From NCBI RefSeq assembly GCF_964194025.1, contig NC_134478.1, forward strand, positions 33,728,001 to 33,792,000: a stretch of DNA of 64,000 bases. Direction: 5' to 3'. This stretch comes from Convolutriloba macropyga (taxonomy: Eukaryota). The notes below the pieces were generated by a model, which was not told the origin of the DNA, made no database searches, and saw nothing but the letters and a program-made list of their open reading frames with translations. The position numbers and the translations under genes are program-made. Of the stretch, positions 51,071-64,000 are shown piece after piece. Every line of letters starts with the position of its first letter. Position 1 is the stretch's first letter.

Positions 51071-52027
51071 TTAAAAAGGAAGGATTACTTGAAGATATGT
51101 GAATTACAACTGTGTCTACGACATGGTTAGCTAAAATACTCTTGAATAGTGGGCTTTATCTTGTGCCATATATTCTCAATTCTTTACCAAAATGAGTAAA
51201 GATTCAATGATTTATACAACACAGAACGTTACCCACATTATTCTTGGTGTGGAAAATTTTCCCAATTCTTTTTCTCTTCTGAAGGAGGAGAATGGATCAA
51301 TGGAAGAAACTGATAACGAACAGACTGAGGAGATCAAAAAATTTCAAGAGTCTGAGAATCCCAACCGGAACTCTCTTTCCAGGATGAAGTTTTCAAATCA
51401 CAAGAACTGTAGAAAAGCATAGCTAAGCTGATCAGAGCTTTCATGCATTGGTGTTCTTTTCAATCTGTCTAGACTATGAGCAGTTGCTAATTAGAATGGT
51501 ATGTTTTTTCTCATTTCGAAGATGAACGTAGTTTTTCAATGTGATAGTATAACAATATTTTGCTGTTGACTTTGTAAAGCACAGCACATTCTAAGATGAG
51601 AAAAATACTATTTTCAAAACTTGTAATTGTTTTTTTTGTTGCCTATTTAAAAAATAATTTTCGACAACAAGTCTTTTACACTAAAAGTATTAGGTGTTAA
51701 CTGCTTTCGACAATTCTCTAAGAATTTCTCTAATAAAAATGAGTATCATATAGTCGATTGGTCCCATTTTGAAGGTAGGAAAATGTTATCTATATTTTTT
51801 TTGCTTTTGGTTATCTTGTGCTCTAATTTTTTTTGTTATGCTACCTAACAATGAGAAAGGAAAATTTTGAGCAATTTTGTCTTAATTAAGATTAAATTAC
51901 AGCTTAAGGAAGAATATTGGCAGTATTCAATGAGAAATTAACTGCTCCGCAAAGTAATTGTTAGCATTTTGCTGAACATGAATTAAGAGATAAAAACGGT
52001 TTTGAACAATTGCTCGTCTTGGAGTAG

Positions 52028-52185
52028 NNNNNNNNNNNNNNNNNNNNNNNNNNNNNNNNNNNNNNNNNNNNNNNNNNNNNNNNNNNNNNNNNNNNNNNNN
52101 NNNNNNNNNNNNNNNNNNNNNNNNNNNNNNNNNNNNNNNNNNNNNNNNNNNNNNNNNNNNNNNNNNNNNNNNNNNNNNNNNNNNN
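52028..52185. other. Assembly gap (N run)
   Basis: Run of N. Confidence 1.
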
Positions 52186-53899
52186 TTTCAGCTATCCCGA
52201 ACAAAATTTTAAAAAATTTACTTTTTTTGCGGGAAAACTGTTCAATTGGAACATTGTTAATTCTTGGTAGGTAAAATGGTTCTACTCGAGATTCTTTCAA
52301 GAACGTTGACATTATATAATGGTTTCACCGTTTGAAATCACTCGAAAAACCTGATTGGTTCCAAAAATTTCTCACTTTTACTGCAGATTAAACACAGAAG
52401 CAAGTAGACAAAAAGTGTCAGTTTGCTGGGCATGAACTCAAGTACTTGATGACAGAAATTGCTCAATATCTTCGCTCTCTGTCCAATATAATATCTTCAA
52501 CCAATATACTATCTTCAAAATTTTTTATTTGATATTTGATAAGTGATGTTTTAGCTATTTTACTAATTTTGTTGACAATATTATTGCCAAATTTTTGAGC
52601 ATGGTAAGCAAATTTTAATAGTTTCTTGACTTTTCTATGAGTTTTTTATAAAACGGTGTCCAAATTTTACAAATATTATGAATCGAATAAACAAGTTTAT
52701 AAGCCAAATGCAACGGTATTTGGGAGGGTTTTGTTTTTCCACTGGTAAATTTTGCAGCTCAACTGTATCACGTGGACGATTGGTTGGGTTTGGAGATCGA
52801 AGTGCTAACTTCTCATTCACCAACTTGAGAAATTTTGAATGCATAATACATTTTTTTTCATAAAAATTTTTTGATTGACAGGTGTATGATTTGAAAAAGG
52901 AATTACTTTGCAGTTTTGTGTGTATGATGTCTAGAATAACCTAAATCACATAAACGATTTTTTGTTTACTATGGGTAAAATTATTTTGTTTCGTTGCTTG
53001 TCTGGGGAAATTCCAGTGGAATTCATTTTTCCCGCAATTTTTGCTCTCAATTAACTGATTTAATTCTAATTGACGTAATAATTGAGTGGTTTTGGCCTTT
53101 TGTATGACATTTTGTGTAGATTGTCTATAAATTTCAACAAAATTGTTAAAATTTGACGGGTGAAAATGCTTTGTTTCAATTTTTAATTTTTGTTTTCCAG
53201 TAAATGTAAGGTTTGCTTTGATGTAGCAGAATTTACGCTATCTGATGTCATATTTTTGTAATTTTTAACCTTTCGCTGTTTGTTAATACGGAAAATCTAA
53301 ACCAAATAGCAAATTTTGTTGATCAATTGTTACGCCGTAAATTAGTATTGGATTTTCCCTAATTTTCAATATGTCCGTTATTATACTCTTTTAATCTATT
53401 AGTTTTATAATAATTTGTAATTTCAATCAATCAGAATCAAATTTTTAACCTAGTCTTGAAAATATAGAAAGAAACACTCAATGAGGTCAGAAAATACAGT
53501 GAATTTCTAAAACTAACAGATTTAAAATTGTTTAGCCTGGATTCTACTTAGCTGATTCAGTAAGCGCTGTTGAGAACTAGCTCTTTCATTAAGTGCGTCC
53601 ATTGATGCTCCCTGTTGCGGCGTAAATCGGGTGCAAAAAGCAGAAAAAAAGAACCTGACTGCTATTAAAGTCGATATTAGTTTTCAACAATGACACAAAA
53701 CACTCCGTTAGCTACTCAAGTTCTTCACCTTGTCAATTTTGTTTACCCGCTCCGCTAAATGTGTATCGTTTTTCCATTATTTTGATTATTATAATACATA
53801 AATGCCCCATTGATTTGGAAGTTTGATGTGAATAATTTATATTGAGTTTGTAATTTTGAAATGTTTTTGTTCTTTTTTCTATAAAAAAATTATTATTTT

Positions 53900-56520
53900 A
53901 AAACATTTATGGGCACGCATAGACCAAATAGCAAATAAGCCATACTGATATAAGCAATATCGTGAAAGACATCCCAATCTTAGTTAATGTGTACTTCTGG
54001 CAAAACGAAAAAAACAGGCTATAACTAATCTTAAGGCAGGGGAACTACACCTAATTTTAATACGTGGGAGCTGTGTCTAATCCTAATAGGTGAAAAATAT
54101 GCTGAATCTTAGTACATGGCTGTTATAGCTAATCTCATTACATGGGAGCTATAACTAATCTTAATACATGAGAGCAATACCTGATCTTAATACATGGAAG
54201 TGACACCTAAAAAAGATATATTGAACATATGCTTAACTTTAATGCATAAAAACGTTCGCCTAACCTTTATATATTGCGGTAGATAAAACTAATCAGAATA
54301 CATTGAGTGTTAAAAATTTGTCTCTGTTGATTTTTTTATTGCATTTTTCAGTAAAAATTTGCAAAATTTATTAAAATTTCTTTTCCACTTAGCAGAACCT
54401 TTGCCAGTTGATATCAAATTTGCGCGCTTTTCAGCATACTTATTGTAAATTTTATCCGTTCTCCTACACCACATAACAAAATGTTAACTTTAACTAAAGT
54501 TATATAGTAATAGTCAATTCATAACATGTTGACTACTTGTTGTCGATTTATATTCTGTCTGTTTTTTTTGTACTGACTCAATTCAATGTTCTGAAAACAT
54601 TGCTTTTTTCTTACATTTATGAGAAAGTATAGACTAAATAGCACCTAATTCATACTTGACATAACCAATACCAATAGGAGGAAGATTATCTTCATACATA
54701 GGTATCTTTAGCAAAAACGGAAGGATGCAGGCTACTTCTAGTCTTAATACATTGGAGCTATGACTATTTTTAATACACGGGAGCTTCAACTAATCCTAAT
54801 ACATGGAAGCTATATCTAATCTTAGTACATGGCGTTTACGCCTAACAATGTGATATGGGAGCTATGCTTAACTTTAATACATTAAAATTTTTGCCAATTT
54901 TCAATACACTGCGTCGAATAAAACAAATCACAATATATTGAGCATAAAAATTTGTCTTTTTCAATTTTTTTATTTTATTTTCCAGTGAAAATTTGCAAAT
55001 TTTCATTAAGTCTCTATTGTTTTTAGCAAAACCTATATCAATTGATATCAAACTTGCGTGCTTCTGAGCAGTCTCCTTGTATATTATTTTCGGACTCCTA
55101 CAACACATAATAAATTGTTCAGTTTATTAAAAGCTATACAGTAATAGTCTATTCATAACTTGTTGTTTTTTATACCGTTTTTTGCTCAATTTATAATCCG
55201 TCTGTATTTTTGCACTGCCTCATTTCAATTTTTGAAGTTTTTTACATTTATGAGCCAGCATAGAGTAAACAGCTGATATGTCAAACTTGACATAGCCAAT
55301 ACCAATTGGTGAGTTGAAAGATTTTTTCTATATTAAAACATAGGTATCTTTAGAAATACTGGAAGAAAGCAGCCTATATCTAGTCTTAATACATGGGAGC
55401 TATGACTATTCTTAAAACATTGGAGCTTGTTCTAATCTTAATGAGTGGAAGCTATGCCTAATCGCAATATATTGAACGTATGCCTAATCTTAATACATGG
55501 CTGTTAAAGCTAACCGTATTAAAAGGGAGCTATAACTAATCTGAATACGCGGTAGCACTTTCTAATCTTATTATGTGGAAGCTATACCTAATCTTAATAG
55601 ATGGGAGCTAAGCATAATCCTAATACACGAAGTTTAGGCCTGATCTTGGTACATGGAATCTAAGCCTAATCCTAATACATCGCTGTTAATAGTAACCGTT
55701 ACACATGGGAGCTGTAACGAATTTTCATACATAGGAGCTATAACTAATCTTAACATGAGTGAGCTATTCTTGATCCTAATACATGGAGCTTATTCCTAAC
55801 CTCAATAGTTGGAACCTATGCCTAATCTTAATTCATGGGTGTTATAGCTAACCTCAATACTCGGGAACTATAACTGATGTGAATACATGGGAGCTATTCT
55901 TAATTTTCATACGTGGGAGTTATACCTAATCCTAATATATGGGAGCTATGTCTAATCCTAATACATGGAAATTTTGCCTAATCTCAAAATTTGGCGGCTG
56001 ATAAAACTAATCTTAATACATTGAAAACAACTTTTTTGATCGCTTCTTACGTCATTCTTATATTGTTTTTTGCTCAAGATAAAATTTGCCTGTATTTTTG
56101 TACTGGCTCATTTCAATTTGTTGAAAAATTGTCGCCTTTTACATATATGAGTCGGCATAGACTTAACAGCACATAAGTTATACTTGACATAATTAGTGCC
56201 ATTACGTGAAAAATATTTTCTATCTTAATACATATGCAACTCTAGCAAAATTGAAGAGAACAGTTTATAACTCATCTTAATTCATTGGAACTATATTTAA
56301 TACCAATACATATGTACAACCTTGTAAGTCGGATGAATTTAGTCTGTAACGAATCTTAATACATGGGAGCTATGCCAATTCTTAATACATGGGATCTATA
56401 GCTAATGTTAATACTTGGAACCTAAGCCTAATACATGACAGCTTAACATAATCTTAAAACAGGGCAGGTGTGCCTAATCTTACTACATGGAATCTATGCC
56501 TAATCTTAACACATGGAATC
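53900..56520. repeat. Four modules (~650-900 bp) each holding a variable-length array of a 26-bp minisatellite (CTAATCTTAATACATGGGAGCTATAN)
   Basis: Module start 'acatttatgag...gcatagactaaatagc...tacttgacata' at ~53900, 54612, 55243 and 56140. The longest array is at ~55370-56020. Confidence 0.88.
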
Positions 56521-59423
56521 TGTACAGAAACATAACTTTGCTAAAGAACAAATTACAAAGTTAGGATTCACTGTCGCGCCATATGAAGTTACTTCTGCGA
56601 AACAAAAATGCGAAGCAAAAGCAGACTTAGAAACCACAATAACATTAAAACAATCACGATCTTTTATTGGGTGCATGCATCATCTCACAAAGTCCTTCCT
56701 GTTTTTGCTTCAATTTTGGAGCCATTAAGTCCACTCTTATCTAAGGCTAATTTTGAAAGCACAAAGCAACTAGATTGGAACGGAGATTGAACAAAGATTA
56801 AAATATACCAGAGCTATCAATAAAAAAAACAAAATGCCAAAGATAAAAAATGTTTTGAGACAACAAAACAAACAGGAGTCTCAAGAAATGCATTTAATTA
56901 AAGACTCCGCGCATGCCTTGAACAAAAGGCAGGTAACACTGAAGACAGTTGCATTCGGTAGCCGTGTTCTGAAAAATTTAGAATCGGGCTATTGTACAAA
57001 CAAAATTGCAGTGGTTCGGTTCCTAATATATTTTAAATATTACTTATGCGGATCCAAATTTTTGCTCCAGGCGGACCACAATGCTCTATTTACCACGTTG
57101 AAAAAAAAACTAGAAATAAAACTCTCTTAAGCCGGCTAACTCGATGGGTAGATCATTTTTTCTCCTTTCATTTCACATTAGATTACGTTCGAGGAAAAAA
57201 ACCTTGGAGGTGCTGACTATCACTCTTTCAAAACCTAAGGTAAACCTATTACTCATCTGAAGAAGCCATAAACTTCATAATCAAAAAAATAGATGAAATA
57301 AGTCCTTTTCTACTCAAACGCGCAATCCATTTGGGGCAACAAATTACAGTGCACACAAAAAGCAAGAGAGAAAGACATCATTAATTCAAGTCAAGCGAAC
57401 TATGATTTTAGTTTTAACTCATATCAAATTCAGTCGACTTTTCTATCACTTCCAATAACACACTTGTTACTACTCAAAAAACGTTCGCTAAAATCTTACA
57501 ACGTCCCATATTAAAAAAGCACCAATTCCCTAACAGAAATTAAAAAACCCAAATGTTGCCATTAGCCACAACAGAAAAACATTTCATTAACTCAAAAACT
57601 AAACTCAAGCGGAATATGCTCCAATTAGACTTTAAGTCTCAAACCCCCTCGACGCCACAGAACACCCAAAATTTTTGGGAGAAGATATGAACACACCCAA
57701 CCTTTTATGTCTTGCAAACGCCTATAAAGTGTTCAGTAGAAGTTTGCTTGCAGAAGCTTCCCATAGAGAGTTAAAACCAATTATCGATCTCGTTTCAAAC
57801 ACAAACTGGGGCGCACTGAAACTTAAACCGTTTATATTTTCAAATCCGCCAGGAGATTTCAGTTACCGCGTCAAATATCTTTGTTTACGTCAACCAATTA
57901 GTTAAATCTAACCAATTTTAAAGAACTAGTAATGAACTCCATAGACCAAGATTTCCCCGTACAAATGGGAATGCTCGCCCTTGCTGAACTAGAAAGAATT
58001 ACTCCGTCACCGCGGCAAACCTGACGCAAAAAGAGTTGGAGAAAAGAGATCTGACAACAGAGGACAAACTGGATATTCATTATAGAAATGACAACCCTCC
58101 GCCCAACACATTCACACAAATGGACACCGAAGACTCTGAAAACATGCAACTAGTGTCGAAATCCCTAAGATAGATCTTTACTTGGGAAGGGAAAAACTTT
58201 TTTTCGTTGGAGATCACACAACTAAAATAAAATTTAAAGATAAAAACCTAGCACGGAATTCTATAGCGCGGAAAACGAAAGAACCAAGAGCAGCTCCAGC
58301 ACCACAATGAAAAATAGTTCCGAACGGTACGATAACAGACTATACATCCCACACAATTCTTATATACACCTAACAGAAAAAATACGGAACTTCAAAAAAA
58401 CGATACTATAGCCACTGAAATAAAACCTCTCCTAATACATGTGGTGCAATATAAGATGGTAGCTGAATACAAAAGGAACTCAGAGAAATGCGCCAGCTCT
58501 GTTTACACAAAGCCCAAGCCGCAAACATAGCCGGACTGTCACAGATTTCACACCCACACTTCCCAAGGTTAACCAGTTACAAAATCGTTAAAAAGACAGA
58601 CTTGTACAAATCGCAACACAAAATGAAAGACGACAACAAATTCCCAAAAAGAAGGCGTCTAAAGAGTATAGAGAAGTAAAACGCCCGCCACTGCGCGCCA
58701 TAAGTCAGCTTCAACAACAAAGCGAAGCAAGCGGCCCTCGATCAATTAAACAAAATAAAGGCCAACGAATCTCAAGCCATGATATCCTGCGCGGAAGTGT
58801 CAAGTCAATCCTTCCTTAGCTGTGATAAGGCTAACACACAATCCAGCACCACCCTGATGCACAGCATATAACCAAACTCTCTAAACGAAGCAGACATACG
58901 ATCTACACAAGTGACAAACTCCCGGGGTATTATGGTGACGAACCCTGAAAGCCCACTATTAGACAAACTCGAGGGAGAATAGATTTCTACGCCAAACTCG
59001 GCGCCTAACAATACTCACGAGCCGAGAGAGTTCAGTAACACAAAAGGCATAGGAAAAACTGTGAATAAAATCCAGGTAAACAGAAGTTCAGTAACTATAA
59101 ATACCTCTACAGAAGCAAGACTGAAAATCAATGCCATGAAAAAAAATAGCTCACAAAGTTGGAGGTCATATATCTAGATTCTTTGATCTCGCCTAACAGT
59201 GCACCCAAATAAAACAAATCTACATGTGTCCGAAACTGTAACCTAGAATCAACCGTTCCAAATGGAGAATATAAACAGTCCGGCAAACTCAACTATTTGT
59301 AAAACAACCCCGTCGTCGCCACCGGAAGACACAGTCTCCGACCTGAACGAAGAAGACTTAAAAACATTGGAGGAGAGTCCGTAAAAACGGAACTTTAAGT
59401 GGGCGGGGAGTAAGATACCTTCC
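56520..59423 (+). mobile_element. Decayed Gypsy/Ty3 LTR retrotransposon (end of RT, RNase H, partial integrase, PPT, start of 3' LTR)
   Basis: LKQSRSFIGCMHHL, TVAFGSRVL, FKYYLCGSKFLLQADHNAL and SRLTRWVD...GADY. Polypurine tract GGGCGGGGAG at 59401-59410. Confidence 0.8.
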
Positions 59424-59557
59424 AGTAGTAGTAGTTGATTATTCTGAGTATTATCTATACCCACGGGTGGTCTGCATCCTCGTTCGCTAGTCCATACACA
59501 TTAACTTTTACAAAGGAGCGTAATTTCCAAATCCACAAACCAAACGCCAAGTGCAAT
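59424..59557 (-). mobile_element. CR1-group LINE 3' end with (CTA)n tail, inserted just after the Gypsy PPT and running into the gap
   Basis: CTWRLVCGFGNYAPL*, then the CACCCGTGGG motif and a (CTA)n tail. Confidence 0.75.
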
Positions 59558-60492
59558 NNNNNNNNNNNNNNNNNNNNNNNNNNNNNNNNNNNNNNNNNNN
59601 NNNNNNNNNNNNNNNNNNNNNNNNNNNNNNNNNNNNNNNNNNNNNNNNNNNNNNNNNNNNNNNNNNNNNNNNNNNNNNNNNNNNNNNNNNNNNNNNNNNN
59701 NNNNNNNNNNNNNNNNNNNNNNNNNNNNNNNNNNNNNNNNNNNNNNNNNNNNNNNNNNNNNNNNNNNNNNNNNNNNNNNNNNNNNNNNNNNNNNNNNNNN
59801 NNNNNNNNNNNNNNNNNNNNNNNNNNNNNNNNNNNNNNNNNNNNNNNNNNNNNNNNNNNNNNNNNNNNNNNNNNNNNNNNNNNNNNNNNNNNNNNNNNNN
59901 NNNNNNNNNNNNNNNNNNNNNNNNNNNNNNNNNNNNNNNNNNNNNNNNNNNNNNNNNNNNNNNNNNNNNNNNNNNNNNNNNNNNNNNNNNNNNNNNNNNN
60001 NNNNNNNNNNNNNNNNNNNNNNNNNNNNNNNNNNNNNNNNNNNNNNNNNNNNNNNNNNNNNNNNNNNNNNNNNNNNNNNNNNNNNNNNNNNNNNNNNNNN
60101 NNNNNNNNNNNNNNNNNNNNNNNNNNNNNNNNNNNNNNNNNNNNNNNNNNNNNNNNNNNNNNNNNNNNNNNNNNNNNNNNNNNNNNNNNNNNNNNNNNNN
60201 NNNNNNNNNNNNNNNNNNNNNNNNNNNNNNNNNNNNNNNNNNNNNNNNNNNNNNNNNNNNNNNNNNNNNNNNNNNNNNNNNNNNNNNNNNNNNNNNNNNN
60301 NNNNNNNNNNNNNNNNNNNNNNNNNNNNNNNNNNNNNNNNNNNNNNNNNNNNNNNNNNNNNNNNNNNNNNNNNNNNNNNNNNNNNNNNNNNNNNNNNNNN
60401 NNNNNNNNNNNNNNNNNNNNNNNNNNNNNNNNNNNNNNNNNNNNNNNNNNNNNNNNNNNNNNNNNNNNNNNNNNNNNNNNNNNNNNNNNNNN
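59558..60492. other. Assembly gap (N run)
   Basis: Run of N. Confidence 1.
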
Positions 60493-62770
60493 TTAAGCAC
60501 CATTTACAATCTCATTAGTGCAGGAAAATTAATACCGGTAAAATTTTACTTTCCGCCTTAACAAAATTTCAGATTGCATAAGTGTCAACTCAAAAGAGAT
60601 TTTTTTCCAGTCAAGAGCGACGGCATACGAGAACGAACGTCTTCCAAAAATAGAGCAAATTTTGGGAAAAAGTAAACTGTAGATGTTTTGAGACCTTGTG
60701 TCCATTTTGTTTTGTTTCATTAGTTCCGATAAACTTAGTAGAACATTGCTTGGGTGATGTATAAAGCGATGCGCATACAATAAAATTTTGGAAACAATGC
60801 GTTGTCGAATATACAACCAGTGTAGCTACCTCATGTACGAGGATGTTGATGTTGAAGATGACAATAGAAAAATCAACTCAATTAGGACAGATGTTTTAAA
60901 TTAATCTCGAACTGACCACACTTTACAGAGGTATTAAAATGAATTCGAACTAACAAAGTTGATCCGTTGTTGCAGAATAAGTTGACTATCAAAACAACAG
61001 CTTAGATCTTTTAACTGTTCAGTGTACCATCATCAAGAGGCAGATAAAAGAGGTCTTATTTAACAATTTAACATTTCCAAATAATCATAATCTCACTCTT
61101 ATTCGTATTCAATTTCAATTTTGCTTTGCTGAAGCAAGGTTGAATCGAGGTCCAATTATCATCAAACATGCATTAAACGAGAGTCAAACCAAATACCAAA
61201 CAAAGAACGTTATTATACGCTCAGAGTTAATGGCTTATTTCCTGGTCTTTCAGCTCATTTTCTAAGGCAGCATGTAGCAGGCAAAAATTAAAGGACCAGA
61301 AACCGATCCTTTTAGCACACCCATCCTAACTTTAACATCACAAGAAAGAGATCCATGTTTGATAACTTGTTGCGAACCAATCGAAAGATAAATTTTTAAA
61401 AAACACAACCTGTTACAAACCAATAATTTTTGCTAATATCTCAAAACAACTGATGATAAATAGTTTCAAAGGCTGCCGAAAAATTTAACCCAATATACAT
61501 CTCGGATCGTGATTCGACCAATATAACAAAAAATTTTGTCAAGGAGAATCAATAGAGCCCTTTCCGTTAAATGCGAACAACGAAAAGCACTCTGATACTT
61601 AGTCGTGAGATTATTAGACACCTGATAAATATTAACTTGCTACCAAAACAGCTTTTTCAACAAATTTTCACAGGTATCTTAGAATTGTCAGCGAACGATG
61701 ACTCGACAACAATTTAGGATAAAGGTTTTGGGACTTTTTTATGAGCGGCCTCTTGATGCCTTGTTTGAATAGATTTGGAAAATATTTTGTCCCGAGAATT
61801 AAATAATTAACACAATGACGTAGTCCGGAGAATTTGTCGAAAAACTGTGCATAATTTTGCTGATATTAAACTACTCAGTGCCGTACTGTTCGAAATTTTT
61901 GATCGAAGTAATTGCAAATCGCTCAATGCAAAAAACTGAAAAGTTCAGTTTAAAGGTATATGACTCATTCAACTTTACAATTTTGCTTATATTAAACTAC
62001 TCAGTGCCGTACTGTTCGAAATTTTTGATCGAAGTAATTGCAAATCGCTCAATGCAAAAAACTGAAAAGTTCAGTTTAAAGGTATATGACTCATTAAATT
62101 TTACACCATTCGTTAGAGGTATTGAAGCTAATGCGGTTGCTATTTTCTTAACCAGGAAAACATTGAACTTCGTTCCTAGACATTCAGGTTCCTCTAGTGA
62201 CTGAAGCAGACAACATTTTTTTCTAAGAGTTGCTGCAGCATGGAATACCTAACGCTCTTATTTTCACTAGCAAAACAATTTCCGCGGCTTTCATTTTTTG
62301 GTAATTAACTCAAAGTGAAATTTTTTGGTACTCCACAACTGAATTCAGAAACGGCTTTTGGCATCAAAATTACCATTTTTTCAAATTTTCTCATCTTTCC
62401 ATCAATTTGGTTTGTCGTCAAAGAAGGGGCACGTATGGTTCCGCGCATATTGAGTTTTCAGAGGATGTTTCCTATCGATATAAATGACTTCGTTAATTAA
62501 AACGCCGTTGCAGACATCTTCAGGATTATCTCCTTCGATCGGAGCATTAACTTTTTTCTGCAAACTTTACCACGTCTAAATTTTGCCATTTTTTGCACAA
62601 GGATTCTTTATAGCTAAATTCTCGTGCTTTTTGGAAAAGTTAAAAGTGCACAACTCCATGATCAGATTCATTTTAATGAAAATAGAGGTTCTGATACTTC
62701 AACCTCTGCTATAGTCCTTATGCTATAAACTGTTCAAGTATTCCAACTTTTTTGTGAGAAGGCGGTTACT
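60493..62770 (-). mobile_element. Decayed L2-like LINE RT remnant (copy 1) with an internal ~125-bp direct duplication at 61855-62100
   Basis: GVLKGSVSGPLIFACYMLP at ~61265-61320 and C-terminal FGRRSFSYAVALDW. Homologous to 62900-64000. Confidence 0.7.
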
Positions 62771-62775
62771 AAATA

Positions 62776-62782
62776 GTGTTAA

Positions 62783-62858
<76 letters not shown>

Positions 62859-64000
62859 ATTATTAATAATATTATTATCATTATTTTTTTTTAATATTGG
62901 TTTAAGCACCATTTGGAATTTCAACAGTACAGGAAAACTAAAACCCAAAAAATTTTAGTTTTCGCCTTCAAAAAATTTCAGGTTGTATAAATATCAAATC
63001 AGAAAATATTTTTTTAAGTTAACAGCGACGGCATACGAGAACGAACATCTTCCACAAATAGAGCAAATTTTGGGAAAAAGTAAACTGTAAATATTTTGAG
63101 ATCTTGTATCCATTTTGTTTTGTTTCATTCATTCCGATAAAAATAGTGGAGCTTTGCTGGGGTGATGAATAAAGCAATGCGCATACAAAAAAAAATTTTG
63201 GAAACAATGAATTGCTTAATATACAACCAGTGTAGCAACCTTATCTACGACGTTGTAGATGTTGATGTTGATGTTGATGTTGTAGATGACAATAGAAAAA
63301 TAAAACGCACGGCAGAGTTCATTATACGCTGAAGTTTTGCTAACAAAAAAATTGCAGACAACGGTAAAGCGAATTACACTAGCCAACACAAGATAAGAGC
63401 AAAACTCTATTTAACTCAATTAGGAAACGATGTTTCAAATTGATCTCGAACTCACCAACTTTACAGAGATATTAAAGTGAATTCGAACTAACAAAGTTGA
63501 TCCGTTGTTGCAAAATAAGTTGACCATCAATATAACAACCTAGTTTTTTTTAACTGTTCAGTGTAGCACCATCTCCGGTCAGATAAAAGAAGTCATGTTT
63601 AACAATTTTATTTTTCCAAACAATCATAAACTCACTCTTATTCGCATTAAATTTCAATTTTGCTTTGCTGAACCAACGTTGAATCGAGGTCAAGGTATCA
63701 TCAAACATGCATTGATTGTGATTCGAACCAGATACAGAACAAAGACCGGTAATATCCGCGCAGAATCCATGGCTTATTTCCTATTCTTTTAACTCACTTT
63801 CTATAGGCAGCATGTAACAGGCAAAAATTAAAGGACCAAGAACCGACCCTTGTACCACTTCCATCCTAATTTTAACATCACGAGAAAAAGATCCATGTAT
63901 GATGCCCTGTTGCGAACGAATCGAAAGATGATTTTTAAAAAACAGTAACACAACATCTTGCAAACCAATACTTTTTGCTAATATCTCAAAAAAACTGATG
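62776..64000 (-). mobile_element. Decayed L2-like LINE RT remnant (copy 2) ending in an (AAT)n tail, seen as a (TTA)n microsatellite at ~62781-62885
   Basis: VVQGSVLGPLIFACYMLP (63781-63963), KNQAKLKFNANKSEFMI and a trinucleotide tail at the 3' end. Confidence 0.75.

Noticed and set aside
51100-53900. Possible gene or exons in the AT-rich interval
   Set aside because: Only short ORFs without recognisable motifs or a consistent splice chain, interrupted by a gap.
54020-56520. CRISPR-like array
   Set aside because: The 26-bp units are contiguous and degenerate with no unique spacers or cas genes, and the context is eukaryotic.
59435-60561. 330-350 aa ORFs (also 51983-52312)
   Set aside because: They consist of X residues from N gaps.
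62776-62958. Poly-Leu ORF resembling a signal peptide
   Set aside because: Translation of the (TTA)n microsatellite, which is a LINE tail.

Overview
AT-rich, repeat-dense eukaryotic (animal-like) genomic DNA with two assembly gaps; the species cannot be determined from this sequence. One host gene is present: eIF2A on the minus strand. Seven coding exons run from the ATG at 33046 down to 8280, all GT-AG and phase-consistent. The C-terminal exon(s) were not found and probably lie left of the window. The introns hold (i) two families of non-autonomous Helentron-type rolling-circle elements (HINE/DINE-1-like: subTIRs plus 3' stem-loop), partly in head-to-tail chains and partly carrying tRNA-derived Pol III cassettes, (ii) a 5-kb 13-bp purine/pyrimidine satellite that starts right after one such cassette, and (iii) a triplicated ~2.2-kb segment. 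Upstream of the gene is a decayed CRE-clade (RLE-type) non-LTR retrotransposon with an unexpected layout: SGNH-esterase ORF, then PHD-RT-RLE. After it come CR1/L2-group LINE remnants (one with its RT core serially amplified about 8 times), a 26-bp minisatellite module array, a decayed Gypsy element and duplicated L2-like remnants.
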